NCBI GenBank assembly: GCA_036012755.1
Contig: DASCPX010000160.1
Span: forward strand, 1-64,000
From: Myxococcota bacterium
GTDB lineage: Bacteria; Myxococcota_A; UBA796; CAJQPC01
DNA length: 64,000 nt
Direction of reading: 5' to 3'
Below the pieces are notes generated by a model. That model ran no database searches and was not told the DNA's origin. It saw nothing but the letters and a program-made list of their open reading frames with translations. The translations under genes were made by a program, and so were the position numbers. Below are positions 38,742 to 49,289 of the stretch, in pieces. How positions within the stretch are numbered: position 1 is the first letter of the stretch; every line of letters starts with the position of its first letter.

Positions 38742-39550
38742 GGCGCCGACCCTAACCTCCCGGCGGCCTCCGGGTAGGTGTACCAGGTGTCCATGTCCGT
38801 GTAGACGCGCCGCCCGAGCGCCAGGAGCGCGACACCGGTCGCCGCGGAGAGGATCCCGGCGGTGCCGAGGGCGACCTCGGTCTCCGACATCGTTCCGTTC
38901 TCGAGCCCCTCGGCCCCGACCATCATGCCGTTGTAGCCGACCACGCACAGCGCGACACCGGCGGTCGTGTTCATGACCTCCAGCGCGCGGATCCGCCTGT
39001 AGGTCCCCACGTCGCCGACGGCCCGTGCGAACTGCCCGGCGGTGAGCTCGTCATCCGCCAGGTATGCCTCCACCCCACCAGCTGACTGGAGCAGCTCGAT
39101 CGGCGCGGTCCCAGGCAGCTCCGCTCCACCGGCGAGGGCCACAGCGTGGTCGAAGCGGTACCAGCGCTCGAGTCGGTCGAGCTCGTGCTTGCGAGCCGAG
39201 TAGACCGTGAGGAAGGTCGCCAGGGTCATGCCACCGGCCAGCATCACGAGGCTGCCGCCCATCATGGTCATCGGGTCGGCCTGGTTGATGCCCACGAAGA
39301 GCCCGCCTGCGCCAGCCGCCATGATCGGCATCCCCACCGCCCACCCAAGGCCCCTGGCGCGCCGGTTCTCCTGGGCAGCCAAGGTGTATGCCTCGGCCAC
39401 CGGGACATCGCCGACCAGCCCGGCGAACTCGCCTGGAGTGAGCTCACGACCTTCGGAGTGTGCGTCGAAGGACTCACGGTCCCCTCGGATGACCGGGCCT
39501 TGCTCAGCGGCGAGAGCGGTCGCGACCAGCCACATCATGCGAGGCATCAT
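38738..39550 (-). CDS. Membrane protein built from two internal repeats
   Basis: ELT(P/A)G(E/Q)FA..VGDV, two TM helices and a WY motif each occur twice. Confidence 0.7.
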   Translation of the reverse strand: MMPRMMWLVATALAAEQGPVIRGDRESFDAHSEGRELTPGEFAGLVGDVPVAEAYTLAAQENRRARGLGWAVGMPIMAAGAGGLFVGINQADPMTMMGGSLVMLAGGMTLATFLTVYSARKHELDRLERWYRFDHAVALAGGAELPGTAPIELLQSAGGVEAYLADDELTAGQFARAVGDVGTYRRIRALEVMNTTAGVALCVVGYNGMMVGAEGLENGTMSETEVALGTAGILSAATGVALLALGRRVYTDMDTWYTYPEAAGRLGSAP

Positions 39551-39558
39551 AGAGAACG

Positions 39559-40560
39559 ATGATGTGGCTCGGACTCCTCTCCAGCAGCTTCGCGGCAGGC
39601 GCTTGGTGCGACGGTGCCTTCGCTGTCTCCACGTCAGACGGCGTGGTCGTCTTCCGAGATGGGGAGGGCCAGCGCCTAACGACCGGCGCCCAGACCACCG
39701 CCCTCGGCTGGCAGCCGGACTGCCGCCGCCTCGCCGTGGCCTCTTCTGCGCTGTTCCTCTTCGACTTCCACTTCGGCGAGGAGGACCCGAAGTTCCGGAC
39801 CACGCTGGACGACAGCCACGTCAGCGGCACCGGTCCGCGCGCGGAGCGCATCGTCTGGTACGAGGACAGCCTGGCCTACATCGAGCACGGCACACGCCCC
39901 GAGCTGCGCATCCTGGACGCTACGGCGATGACCTGGGTCTCGGTGGCGCAGACGACCCAGGCGGTCACCGACCTGGCCCTGAGCGGGCCGCGCTCCGGCA
40001 GCTTCGTCCTCGGGGAGAAGATGCTGTGGCGCTTCGATCCCGACAAGACGATCATGGTCTACATGGCGAAGCGGGTGGCGGTGCACCCGGAGACAGAGGC
40101 CCTCGAGGGCCCGAGTCACGACCTGACTATCGGTGGAGCGCCCTTCGCGGAGCCCGTTCTCCTCGTAGGACTGAGCGCTGACGGAGCTCGGGCCCTGGTC
40201 AGGCTCGATCCGGTGTCCTACGGCCCCTACGCGAGCGTCTCCACCAGCGGCGCGAGGACGACCTTCGGCATCGGTCCGAACCCACAGCGCGTCGACGAGG
40301 GCTGGGCCAGCGACGGCTCCTTCCTGGTCGGTCCGTCCCAAGGACAGCTCGTGCGCGACGACGGCGCCGGCTCACGGACGGAGCTCGGCGTGCTCATGGA
40401 CGAGGTCGCCGAGGTCCACATCAATGAGGACGGAAGCCGCGTCGCGGTCGTGAAGACCGACGGCAGCGTGGTCTTCGTCGACCTCGCCGATCAGCCCTCG
40501 CGCTCGAACACGGCCGCTGCGCCCATTCCGCCACCGATGCACATCGAGACCACGCCGTAG
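39559..40560 (+). CDS. Secreted beta-propeller-like hypothetical protein
   Basis: Short signal; WD40/TolB-like segments (WQPDCRRLAV, LSADGARALV, INEDGSRVAV). Confidence 0.6.
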   Translation: MMWLGLLSSSFAAGAWCDGAFAVSTSDGVVVFRDGEGQRLTTGAQTTALGWQPDCRRLAVASSALFLFDFHFGEEDPKFRTTLDDSHVSGTGPRAERIVWYEDSLAYIEHGTRPELRILDATAMTWVSVAQTTQAVTDLALSGPRSGSFVLGEKMLWRFDPDKTIMVYMAKRVAVHPETEALEGPSHDLTIGGAPFAEPVLLVGLSADGARALVRLDPVSYGPYASVSTSGARTTFGIGPNPQRVDEGWASDGSFLVGPSQGQLVRDDGAGSRTELGVLMDEVAEVHINEDGSRVAVVKTDGSVVFVDLADQPSRSNTAAAPIPPPMHIETTP

Positions 40561-41669
40561 CGGGAGCCTCGACGCTTCATCTCGTGGAGCAGGGTGGCGG
40601 TGAGCTTGGCGCCCGTGCAGCCCAGCGGGTGACCGAGCGCGATGGCGCCGCCGTTGACGTTGACCTTGTCCTCGTCGATGCCGAGCTCGCGCACGCAGTA
40701 GACCGCCTGCGAAGCGAAGGCCTCGTTGATCTCGAAGAGATCGATGTCGTCGATGGACAGGCCGGCCCTCTCCAGCGCAGCCGGGATGGCCTTGGCCGGC
40801 CCGATGCCCATGATCTCCGGGTCCACACCGACCACCGCGTAGGCCTTGAGCGTCCCGAGAGCCTCCAGACCGGCGGCCTCTGACTTCTCGCGACTCATGA
40901 TGAGCGTCGCGGCAGCGCCGTCGGAGACCTGCGAGCAGTTCCCGGCGTGGGTCGTGCCCTTGGCAGCGAAGGCCGGACGCAGCCGCGCGAGACCCTCCAC
41001 GCTCGTGTCGGCGCGGACGCCTTCGTCCGCATCGACGGTCACGTCCTGCCAGGATCCGCCTCGGTAGACGCGGGTCTGCACCGGGATGATCTCGTCGGTG
41101 AAGCGACCGGCTTCGATGGCCGCGGCGGCCTTCTGGTGAGAGCGGACGGCGAAGCTGTCCTGGGTCGCGCGGTCCACCTCGAACTGCTTGGCCACGTTCT
41201 CGGACGTGATGCCCATGGCCGTGTAGATCTCGGGGTTGGTGGCCATCAGGCGCGGGTTCGGCGTGGGCCTGTCACCGCCCATCTTGACCTGGCTCATCGA
41301 CTCGACGCCGCCGGTCAAGGCCACGTCGTACCAGCCGGCCTCGATGCCCGCCGCCGCCTGCGCGAGGGCCTGGAGACCCGAGCTGCAGAAGCGGTTGATG
41401 GTCATCGCCGGGACCGTTTTGGGGATGCCCGCCGCGAGCGCGGAGATCCGCGCCACGTTCATGCCCTGCTCGCCCTCCGGCATCGCCGTGCCGATGACGA
41501 CGTCGTCGATCTCACTCGGGTCGAAGTCCGGGACCTTGCCCAGCGCGCCCTTGAGCGCGAAGGTCAGGAGATCATCCGGACGGGTGTCCTTGAAGGAGCC
41601 CTTCTTTGCCTTGCCGACGGCCGTACGCACAGCGACGACGACGACGACATCACGAGAGTTCTCGCCCAT
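40491..41669 (-). CDS. fadA: Acetyl-CoA C-acyltransferase (thiolase)
   Basis: NRFCSSG, NEAFA, GHPLG, CIGGGMG. Confidence 0.95.
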   Translation of the reverse strand: MGENSRDVVVVVAVRTAVGKAKKGSFKDTRPDDLLTFALKGALGKVPDFDPSEIDDVVIGTAMPEGEQGMNVARISALAAGIPKTVPAMTINRFCSSGLQALAQAAAGIEAGWYDVALTGGVESMSQVKMGGDRPTPNPRLMATNPEIYTAMGITSENVAKQFEVDRATQDSFAVRSHQKAAAAIEAGRFTDEIIPVQTRVYRGGSWQDVTVDADEGVRADTSVEGLARLRPAFAAKGTTHAGNCSQVSDGAAATLIMSREKSEAAGLEALGTLKAYAVVGVDPEIMGIGPAKAIPAALERAGLSIDDIDLFEINEAFASQAVYCVRELGIDEDKVNVNGGAIALGHPLGCTGAKLTATLLHEMKRRGSRYGVVSMCIGGGMGAAAVFEREG

Positions 41670-41678
41670 TTCTGTCTC

Positions 41679-44030
41679 CTAGTTCCGAAGGGGCTTGCCG
41701 GTCTGCAGGAAGTGCTGGATACGCATCTGCGTTCCCTGCTCCCCACAGAGGCTCAGGAAGGCCTCGCGCTCGAGGTCGAGCATGTGCTGCTCGTCGACCC
41801 AGGTGTTGGTTGGGATGTCTCCGCCAGTCAGCACGTTGGCCAGCTGCTTGCTGACGACCATGTCGTGGTCGGTGGCGAAGCCGCCCTCGTGCAGGGTGTG
41901 GAGGAAGAGCTCGATGGCCGAGCGACCGCTGGGGCCCGGCAGCATGAAGCGACGCGGACGCGGTGGCTGCCAGCCAGCCTTCACCAGCCCGAGGGCCAGG
42001 TCCTTGGCGTCCTGGACCAGGGCGTCCTGGTCCATCGTGAGGCGATCCTGGGAGCGGAGGTAGCCCAGGGCGCGGGCCTCCTCCGCGCTGGTCGCGACCG
42101 CCGCGAGGCCGATGTTCTTGAAGATCTGCTGCACGAAGGGGTTCGGGTCGTACTCGGTGCCCTCGGGGATGTTCCCGAGCGCGCGAGCGACCACCTCCTT
42201 GCAGCCACCGCCTGCGGGGATGAGCCCGACGCCGACCTCGACGAGGCCTGCATAGAGCTCGCCACCGGCCTGGCAGGCCGAAGACTGCATCGCGACCTCG
42301 AGACCGCCGCCCAGGGTGAGCCCACGGGGAGCGGTGACGACCGGGCGCCGGCTGTACTGGGCACGCTTGAGCGTGTCCTGCATGCCCTTGACCATGCCCT
42401 CGATCTGGTCCCACTCCTGCTGCATCGCGAGCATGACGAGCATGAAGATGTTGGCACCGGCGCAGAAGGCCGGTCCGCCCTGGTTTCCGATGACCAGCGC
42501 CTCCCACTTGCCCTCGTCCAGCTCGTTCAGGCCCTGGTCGTAGAGCGTGAAGATGTCGGCATCGAGAGCGTTCATCTTCGAGTGGAAGGACAGGCCGAGC
42601 ACTCCGTCCCCGAGGTCGAGGAGGTCGGCGCTGGCGTTCTTCGCGACGGTTCCGCTCTGGCGCTTCAGATCGTCGAGGATCAGCCAGCCGTCGCTCTGCG
42701 GCACGACCTTGGCCTTGCCCTCGAGAGCGCACCAGTAGGTCTGGACCCCATCGACCCGAGCGTAGAAGGAGCTCCTGCCTGCGGCGAGCATGTCGTTGAC
42801 CCAGGCGGGGACCGTGCGGCCCTCGTCGACCATGCGCTGGACGCTCTCGGCCACACCGATGGCGTCCCAGCCTTCGAAGATGCCGGCGTCCCAGCCGTAG
42901 CCCCAGCGCATGGCCCGGTCGATGTTGACGATGTCGTCAGCGATCTCGGGGATGCGGCCCGCCGTGTAGAGCAGGGTGTCGGCGGTGACGGCCCAGGCGA
43001 TGCCCGCCGCCTTGTCGGAGCCGGCCAACAGCGCCTTGGTGCCACCCTTCTTGGCGGCCTTGACGGAGTCGAAGCGAGGCCGGCCCTGGTCCTCGTACTC
43101 GCCGGTCTCGACGTTGCGGGAGAGGATGGCCTTCTTCCCGTCGACCTTGGTCTTGAAGTAGAAGCCCTTTCCGGTCTTGCCGCCGAGGCTGCCCTCGTCG
43201 ACCATCGACTGAATCCAGGTCGGGATCACGAACTTGTCACGGTCGGGATCGTCCGGGCACGAGTCGTAGACCGTCTTGATCACGTGGGCGAGGGTGTCGA
43301 TCCCGACGAGGTCGCCCGTGCGGAAGCAGGCGCTCTTGGGCCGACCCATGGCCTTGCCGAAGATGCCGTCGATCTCGCTGACGTTGAGCCCGAAGGAAGG
43401 CATGTGGTGGAACACCGAGCACATGCCGTAGGTGCCGACCCGGTTGCCGATGAAGTTGGGCGTGTCCTTGCAGAACACGATGCCCTTGCCGAGGCGGCGC
43501 TCCCCGAAGGCGGCGATGGCGTCGACCACAGCCTGGCTGGTGTGCTCGCCCTGGACCAGCTCGAGGAGCCGCATGTACCGGACAGGATTGAAGAAGTGCA
43601 TGACCAGGAAGTGCTCTCGCATCTCCTGGCTCATGGGCGCCGACATCTCGGCGATGCTCAGGCCGGACGTGTTGGAGGCGACGACGCTGCCTGGGCGGCG
43701 ATGCTCGGCGACCCAGCCAAAGACCTTGTGCTTGATGTCGAGGCGCTCGACGACGACCTCGATGACGAGATCGCACTCGGCGAGCAAGGCGGCGCCTGCG
43801 TCGTCGTAGGTGGCGGCCGTGATCAGCGAGGCGTCACTCTTCTTGAAGAACAGCGACGTGTTGGAGCCCGCCGGCTTCGCCTTCACCGCGCTCTCGAGGC
43901 CAGCCTGGGCGGCCTCGAGGTTGATGTCGTAGAGGACCGATTCGATCCGGGCGTTGGCGAGGTGGGCGGCGATGCCCTGCCCCATCACGCCGGCTCCGAG
44001 CACGGCGACCTTGTTGATCTCGTAGGACAT
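41679..44030 (-). CDS. 3-hydroxyacyl-CoA dehydrogenase/enoyl-CoA hydratase (FadN-type domain order)
   Basis: GAGVMG, SNTSG, HFFNPVRYM, KDTPNFIGNR; C-terminal crotonase LGGGLE; ends GKPLRN. Confidence 0.93.
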   Translation of the reverse strand: MSYEINKVAVLGAGVMGQGIAAHLANARIESVLYDINLEAAQAGLESAVKAKPAGSNTSLFFKKSDASLITAATYDDAGAALLAECDLVIEVVVERLDIKHKVFGWVAEHRRPGSVVASNTSGLSIAEMSAPMSQEMREHFLVMHFFNPVRYMRLLELVQGEHTSQAVVDAIAAFGERRLGKGIVFCKDTPNFIGNRVGTYGMCSVFHHMPSFGLNVSEIDGIFGKAMGRPKSACFRTGDLVGIDTLAHVIKTVYDSCPDDPDRDKFVIPTWIQSMVDEGSLGGKTGKGFYFKTKVDGKKAILSRNVETGEYEDQGRPRFDSVKAAKKGGTKALLAGSDKAAGIAWAVTADTLLYTAGRIPEIADDIVNIDRAMRWGYGWDAGIFEGWDAIGVAESVQRMVDEGRTVPAWVNDMLAAGRSSFYARVDGVQTYWCALEGKAKVVPQSDGWLILDDLKRQSGTVAKNASADLLDLGDGVLGLSFHSKMNALDADIFTLYDQGLNELDEGKWEALVIGNQGGPAFCAGANIFMLVMLAMQQEWDQIEGMVKGMQDTLKRAQYSRRPVVTAPRGLTLGGGLEVAMQSSACQAGGELYAGLVEVGVGLIPAGGGCKEVVARALGNIPEGTEYDPNPFVQQIFKNIGLAAVATSAEEARALGYLRSQDRLTMDQDALVQDAKDLALGLVKAGWQPPRPRRFMLPGPSGRSAIELFLHTLHEGGFATDHDMVVSKQLANVLTGGDIPTNTWVDEQHMLDLEREAFLSLCGEQGTQMRIQHFLQTGKPLRN

Positions 44031-44121
44031 TGAGTGAACCCTCATTCAGTCGTTCATTGGTCTCACCCGGCGCGAGGGGCGGCGCAAGCCGGTAGACTGG
44101 CCCGGCAGGGTCGAGGTCCAG

Positions 44122-45027
44122 ATGCTCCAGCTCGCCGTGGGTTGCGCCACGACGCCCTCGGCTGGGCCGAACTCGGTCATCGAGACGGTGAACATCACCC
44201 AGACCTCGACCTGGACGGTCGTGGAGCCGACCCCCGGAGGTCCGCCCTTCGCCGGACCGATGCTCCCGGTGGGCGAGACCGCACTGGAGGGTGGCGTCGC
44301 CGGGACGTGGGTGGACTCGGACCCCAACGCCCAGGTCGGCAACGCCCCGGCCTTGCTCCAGGCGGAGGCCAGCGTCCGCTGGCAGGTCGCCAGCACCTTC
44401 GAGATCTCGGTCTTCGGCCTGGCGGCCTCTCCGAAGCTGGCCGAGCCGATCGCCCCACGCGACGTCTTCGTGGCCAGCACCGCCTGGCGGCTGGGCACCG
44501 GTCTTCGGTTCGGCGAGCGCCTGCCGAGCGGTGTCGGCATGCGCATGGGCGGCTGGGTGGCGGCTGGCCAGGACGGGCTCTACCGCGAGGTGCGCGAGGT
44601 CCTCGACTACGAAGAGGTCGACAACAGCACGGGCAGTACCAGCACGACGACGCAGGAAGAGGTCTTCTACGAGACCTCCCGCCCCCTGGTGCCCTGGGGG
44701 CTCGTGAGCGCCGGGGTGGACTACCAGCCCTTCCGAGGGCCGACGATCGGTGTCGGCGCGGCAGTACAGAACGTGCCGGTGTACGTCGGCAACACGACGG
44801 CCACCCGGCACTGTGTGGCCATCGACGGTGAGCAGACCTGTGACGGCACCCTCGAGATCGAGCCCTCCGAGATGGCGGTCGTCGTCTCCCCCTGGCTCGA
44901 CCTCGGGTGGTTCGCTGGCGAGCACACCTCGCTCAACGCCCAGCTCTGGTGGCACGCCTACGGGCCGGAGTCGCTGACACGGTCTGTTCCCCTCGGCGCG
45001 AGGGCCGCGCTCGGCTTCCGCTGGTAG
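44122..45027 (+). CDS. Hypothetical (lipo)protein, probable outer-membrane beta-barrel
   Basis: AVGC near the N-terminus; alternating beta strands; terminal LGFRW. Confidence 0.55.
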   Translation: MLQLAVGCATTPSAGPNSVIETVNITQTSTWTVVEPTPGGPPFAGPMLPVGETALEGGVAGTWVDSDPNAQVGNAPALLQAEASVRWQVASTFEISVFGLAASPKLAEPIAPRDVFVASTAWRLGTGLRFGERLPSGVGMRMGGWVAAGQDGLYREVREVLDYEEVDNSTGSTSTTTQEEVFYETSRPLVPWGLVSAGVDYQPFRGPTIGVGAAVQNVPVYVGNTTATRHCVAIDGEQTCDGTLEIEPSEMAVVVSPWLDLGWFAGEHTSLNAQLWWHAYGPESLTRSVPLGARAALGFRW

Positions 45028-45036
45028 GGTCGCCCG

Positions 45037-46488
45037 ATGTGGCTGACGCTCGCGCTCGCGTGCACCCGTGGACCTGCAGCAGACGCGCCGGATGTGGTCA
45101 TCGTGATCGTGGACGCGCTTCGCGCCGACGCGCTGGGCTACCCGGGCAAGAGCCGGGATGCCTCACCCAACCTCGACGCCCTCGCCGCCGAGTCGGCGCG
45201 CTTCACGCGTGCCTACTCCGCAGCGCCCTGGACGCTGCCCTCGGTCGCGACGCTGCTGACAGGCCAGTGGCCCCGGGAGCACCGCGTGGTCACCGATGTG
45301 CTCTCAGAGGGTCGGTTCGGGGTCCTCCCCCGCCGGAGTTGAACCCTCGCCGAGACCTACAGCGACCGCGGCTACCGGACAGGCGCATGGGTCAACGACA
45401 CCTACCTCGCTCCGGAGTTTGGCCTGGACCAGGGCTTCGACGTCTACGCCTACCAGGGCGCGAGCTCGCAGTACGGGCACCGCTCGGCAGCAGACACGGT
45501 CGCGGCGATGCTGGAGTGGGTCGACGACCGCGAGCAGCCCTTCTTCGCCGTCGTGCATCTCAGGGAGCCCCAGCACAACTACCAGCCCAACGCCAGCTGC
45601 CGAGGTCGCTTCACCGAGGGCCTCACGCCGAGCTTCGAGCTGCCAGTCTCGCAGGAGATCCTCAAGAGCTGGATTCGCCGAACCGAGCCCGTCAGCGACG
45701 AGGACATCGACTACGTCAGGCGCCTCTACGACGAGGAGGTCTGCACGATGGACCAGGCCATCGGCGAGCTCGTCGCGGGCCTGGAGGCTCGGGAGCGGTG
45801 GGACGACACCTGGTTCGTCCTCACCGGGGATCACGGCGAGGAGCTCTGGGACAGCGGCAACTTCGGCCACGGCCACACAGTCAAGTCGGTCCTCACGAAC
45901 GTCCCCCTGCTCGTGCGGATACCGGGATTCCCGACCCACAGCAACGACTCGGTGGTGGGCCACGTCGAGCTCATCAGCTCCCTGCGACAACAGCAAGGAC
46001 CCCTCTGGCTGATGCTCGAGACTGGCGAGACCGTCGAGGGTCGCGTCGCCTTCTCCAGCTCTCCGAGTCGTACCCTCGACCAGTTCTCCGTGGTCACGGA
46101 GACCGAGCGCACGGTCGTCCTCCCCGACTCCAAGACCGCGATGGTGTGGGACCTCGACGAGCGGGGCTGGGAGACCGGGATCAACCGGACCCACAACACC
46201 GAAGCGGCGGTCCGGGACAGCCCCGAGTACGCCCTCCTGGCGACTGTCAAGGAGGAGCCCCTGGACCCGACGCTGCCCGCGCGCTTCAGCCGCATGGACG
46301 GCGTCGACCTCGACCGCTGGGCGGAGCTAGCTGAGCGCAGGGGACTGAGATCAGCCCACGATCCGAGGCTCAGGGGACGACCTCGCAGCTGGAGCCTTCC
46401 TCGTCGAGGTCGAAGTCGATCACGGTCGGGGACTCGCCGCCGGCGCCGACCGTCAGGTTCCCGCTGCGCACGTAGGTCGGCAGGATGA
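45037..46488 (+). pseudogene. Sulfatase-like hydrolase/transferase lipoprotein with an in-frame TGA at 45340-45342
   Basis: DALRAD and PWTLPS.ATLLTG before the stop; TLAE..GY.T, GLDQGFD, YDEEV, GDHGEE and GHGH after it, all in one frame. Confidence 0.8.
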
Positions 46489-48037
46489 ACCCCTCCGAGG
46501 AGGCTTCGCCCCAGACGACCAGGGTGTCCCTGCCATGCTGCTCGAAGAGATAGATGTCCCCGAGGAACAAGCCCTCCATCGCGCAGAACATGTCGATGGA
46601 CTCCGCCATCTCCCTCCTCTTCGATCCGAAACCCGGGGCCCGGTAGCTCCGGGGGGGAGGTGGCAGCTCGGGCTCGGGCAGGCGAGCGACGTCGTGGATG
46701 TGCTCGCTGTCCACGCGGAAGGAGTGGTGGGAGAGCTCGGTCTGGCAGGTCTCGGCCTGGCCGGGGGCGACCATCGGGTAGCCCGAGAACTCGCTGACGA
46801 CGCGGATCTCCAGGTCGGGTCGGCGCACCTGCAGGGGCCAGGTCAGCTCGCCCTCCCGGCCGTCCCGGAGTTGAAGGACGTAGACCGGACCCTCCTCGCC
46901 GGAGAGCTGCCCGACGAGCCCGCGCAGCTGGTGGGCCCCGCAGATGCTGCTGTCGCGGAAGTGGGCGAGGGAGTCGATCCGGCCTGGCCACGACAGTCCG
47001 ATCGGCTCGGTGGTGCCTGGGTCCTCGACTGCGCGCACGGCGGCCAGTCCGTCGAGGGCGGCCATTCCCGGCGGGAGGAAGACCAGGCCCAGGGGCGGGG
47101 CCCGGCGCAGCCCAACACCCGCGAGCGCTACCAGCGGCAAGGACGCAGCCGCGAGCCAACGGGGCTGTGTTGCCTCCCCCAAGAGGGCGGTCGTCGTGAG
47201 CAGGACCCCCGCCGCGAGGACGAGGATCGCCAGGCGCTGCCGGCGGTGGGGCCCTGGGAGCAGCGCACCGACGGTCGCCAGGATCCCGAGCACCAGGTGG
47301 CCGGTCCAGCTCGGCAGGGCCACCAGCGTCTCCAGCGCGGTCCCGAAGAGGCCGAACAGCTCGCCGGCAGAGGGCACATCTCCGTTGGTGGCCAGGAACC
47401 AGCTGCCCAGGAGCCCCGCTCGCGGCTTGGGCGCCAACAGCGGATCCAGGACGAAGTGGAACGGAGCGATGGACAGTGCCAGGCCTGCGGCCATCCGAGC
47501 CAGGTGCTGCAGGGGCCTCTCCGATAGCGCCGGGGCCACGAGCAGCATCACCAGCGCCGGCGCGACGATGGGCTTCACGGCCAGGCTGAGGCCGCAGAGG
47601 ATCGCACCGCCGAGAGGCTTGTCGCTGAAGGCGAGGGCCAGGCCCAGGGCGCAGAGCCCCAGAGCCGGTGCGTCCCCGCCATCGAGGGCAGAGGTGAAGA
47701 CGAAGAGGGGGGCGCAGGCCGCCAGGAGCCCTCCCGACCAGGGCGAGCCGTCCAGGCGCTCGGTCAGGCGCGCGCAGCCGAGCACGGCCAGCGTGCCCAG
47801 GATGACGCTGGTCGGACGCAGCCCGCCGATCAGCCCAACCAGCAGTGGATGCAGTGGGTAGGGATGGCCGCCGAGCTCCACCGCAGCCGCGATGCCCGGG
47901 GCGTCCGGGCCGAAGGGCGAGGGGCCGATGAGCAGCGCGCCGGCGACGCGAACGCCCAGGGCCACCAGCATCAACACGAGGTACGGGACCGGGTTCATCG
48001 CATGCTTCGGATCAGGCAGGGTCCTCCGGAGAGGCAC
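46370..48037 (-). CDS. Polytopic membrane protein, possibly a GT-C glycosyltransferase
   Basis: Many TM segments, HPYPLHP, GLSLAVKP, soluble C-terminal domain. Confidence 0.55.
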   Translation of the reverse strand: MPLRRTLPDPKHAMNPVPYLVLMLVALGVRVAGALLIGPSPFGPDAPGIAAAVELGGHPYPLHPLLVGLIGGLRPTSVILGTLAVLGCARLTERLDGSPWSGGLLAACAPLFVFTSALDGGDAPALGLCALGLALAFSDKPLGGAILCGLSLAVKPIVAPALVMLLVAPALSERPLQHLARMAAGLALSIAPFHFVLDPLLAPKPRAGLLGSWFLATNGDVPSAGELFGLFGTALETLVALPSWTGHLVLGILATVGALLPGPHRRQRLAILVLAAGVLLTTTALLGEATQPRWLAAASLPLVALAGVGLRRAPPLGLVFLPPGMAALDGLAAVRAVEDPGTTEPIGLSWPGRIDSLAHFRDSSICGAHQLRGLVGQLSGEEGPVYVLQLRDGREGELTWPLQVRRPDLEIRVVSEFSGYPMVAPGQAETCQTELSHHSFRVDSEHIHDVARLPEPELPPPPRSYRAPGFGSKRREMAESIDMFCAMEGLFLGDIYLFEQHGRDTLVVWGEASSEGFILPTYVRSGNLTVGAGGESPTVIDFDLDEEGSSCEVVP

Positions 48038-48153
48038 GGTACCAACCTACCTGCGGCCCGGGATGCGGCCTCCATGGGGGATACCCACCTCCGACAGCAG
48101 TACGATCGACCGATGGCAGAGCTTCAGATCATGGCAGTCCGCCTGATCCAGAC

Positions 48154-48840
48154 ATGATCGCCCTCGCGATCATCGCCTGCGTCGACACGCCACCACTCGG
48201 GCCACCGACGAAGACCACGCCGCCGAAGCTGGCGGCCGGCCGCCCTACCTTTCCCGAGCGGGCCCGGTGGTCTGATCACTCCAGGAAAGACCGAGTTCTT
48301 CGAGGTCGGCCTGTCCGGGGGGGCCTGGAGCACCGGACAGCGCGGGGGCCTCAGCCTGAGCCTGCCAGCTGGAGACCATGCCCCCGGCTCGTTGACAGCC
48401 GTCGTCGTCCCACCGACCGGGTCGGGCTTCATCAACGGCATGCACCTTGGCGAGGACGACTTCCGCCAACAGGAGCTCTACCGGCAGGCCGGTCTCGCCG
48501 TCCTCACCTTCGAGGTGGACGGACTGGTCAGCGTCGAGCAGTACTTCGCTCACTTCGCAGGCGCCGAGAACGTGCGCGATGCCGTGCACTACGCACGAAC
48601 CTCGGTTCCCGAGATCGATGCGGCGCGGATCTTCGTGGCCGGCCACGGAATGGCCGGTGACCTGGCGCTCTTGTACGGCTCCATCGATCCGGAGCTCGCA
48701 GGCGTCCTGGCCTACAACAGCGGAGGCAGGGGCTGCTGGTCGCCGCAGCCGAGCATGACGATGAGCAAGGAGCCTCCTGGGAGAAGCCTACGCCAGGGAT
48801 CGAGTCCACGGCTTCGGCTTCTGTTAGGGGGCAGCCATGA
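48154..48840 (+). pseudogene. Alpha/beta-hydrolase-like lipoprotein, frameshifted near 48260 and apparently truncated
   Basis: MIALAIIAC in one frame; AGLAVLTFEVDG and IDAARIFVAGHGMAG in another; no clear C-terminal half; nucleophile position is Gly. Confidence 0.55.
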
Positions 48841-49208
48841 ACGACCGCGTCCAGGGAATCGCCTTCGGCTACGACTGCAAGGTCGGCTTCCACGAGTACG
48901 AGCGACACATCCGGCAGCGCGTGCTCATCGACTTCGACGCAGAGACGGACTGGCGGGAGAGCGCCCGAGCGGACCGCGCCCGCGACCTCGTCGACTACTA
49001 CGAGGTCAACAAGGCGATCACCGCCCTGATCGAGAGCAGGGACTGGCGACTCGTGGAGGCGATCGCCGAGGCAGTCGCCGAGCTCATCTGCAGCAAGTTC
49101 CCGGTCTCGGCAGTGCGGGTCCGGGTCCGCAAGATCCCCTTCGACATGCCCAACTGCGAAGGCGTCGCGGTCGAGTGCTACCGGCGCCGAGAGGACTTCG
49201 GCAGCTAG
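48837..49208 (+). CDS. folB: Dihydroneopterin aldolase
   Basis: VGFHEYER..Q, VDYYEV, LVEAIAE, VRVRK. Confidence 0.88.
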   Translation: MNDRVQGIAFGYDCKVGFHEYERHIRQRVLIDFDAETDWRESARADRARDLVDYYEVNKAITALIESRDWRLVEAIAEAVAELICSKFPVSAVRVRVRKIPFDMPNCEGVAVECYRRREDFGS

Positions 49209-49225
49209 CGGCGCGGGGCGGTACC

Positions 49226-49274
49226 TTGACGTTCCCAGCTGCAGAGCTTACATGCATGTTTGTGCAATTATGCA
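49226..49274 (+). promoter_or_regulatory. Candidate sigma-70 promoter with an overlapping ArsR-type operator
   Basis: TTGACG-N17-TACATG; AT-rich imperfect inverted repeat TGCATGTTTG-TG-CAATTATGCA; GGAG RBS follows. Confidence 0.55.
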
Positions 49275-49289
49275 ATCCAAGGAGTCATC

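Noticed and set aside
40947..44033. 1028-aa plus-strand ORF
   Set aside because: Antisense shadow of the thiolase and hydroxyacyl-CoA dehydrogenase genes; common at high GC
45340..45342. Selenocysteine TGA in the sulfatase-like gene
   Set aside because: Not a catalytic position, no SECIS recognised, and compensating indels or a point change explain it
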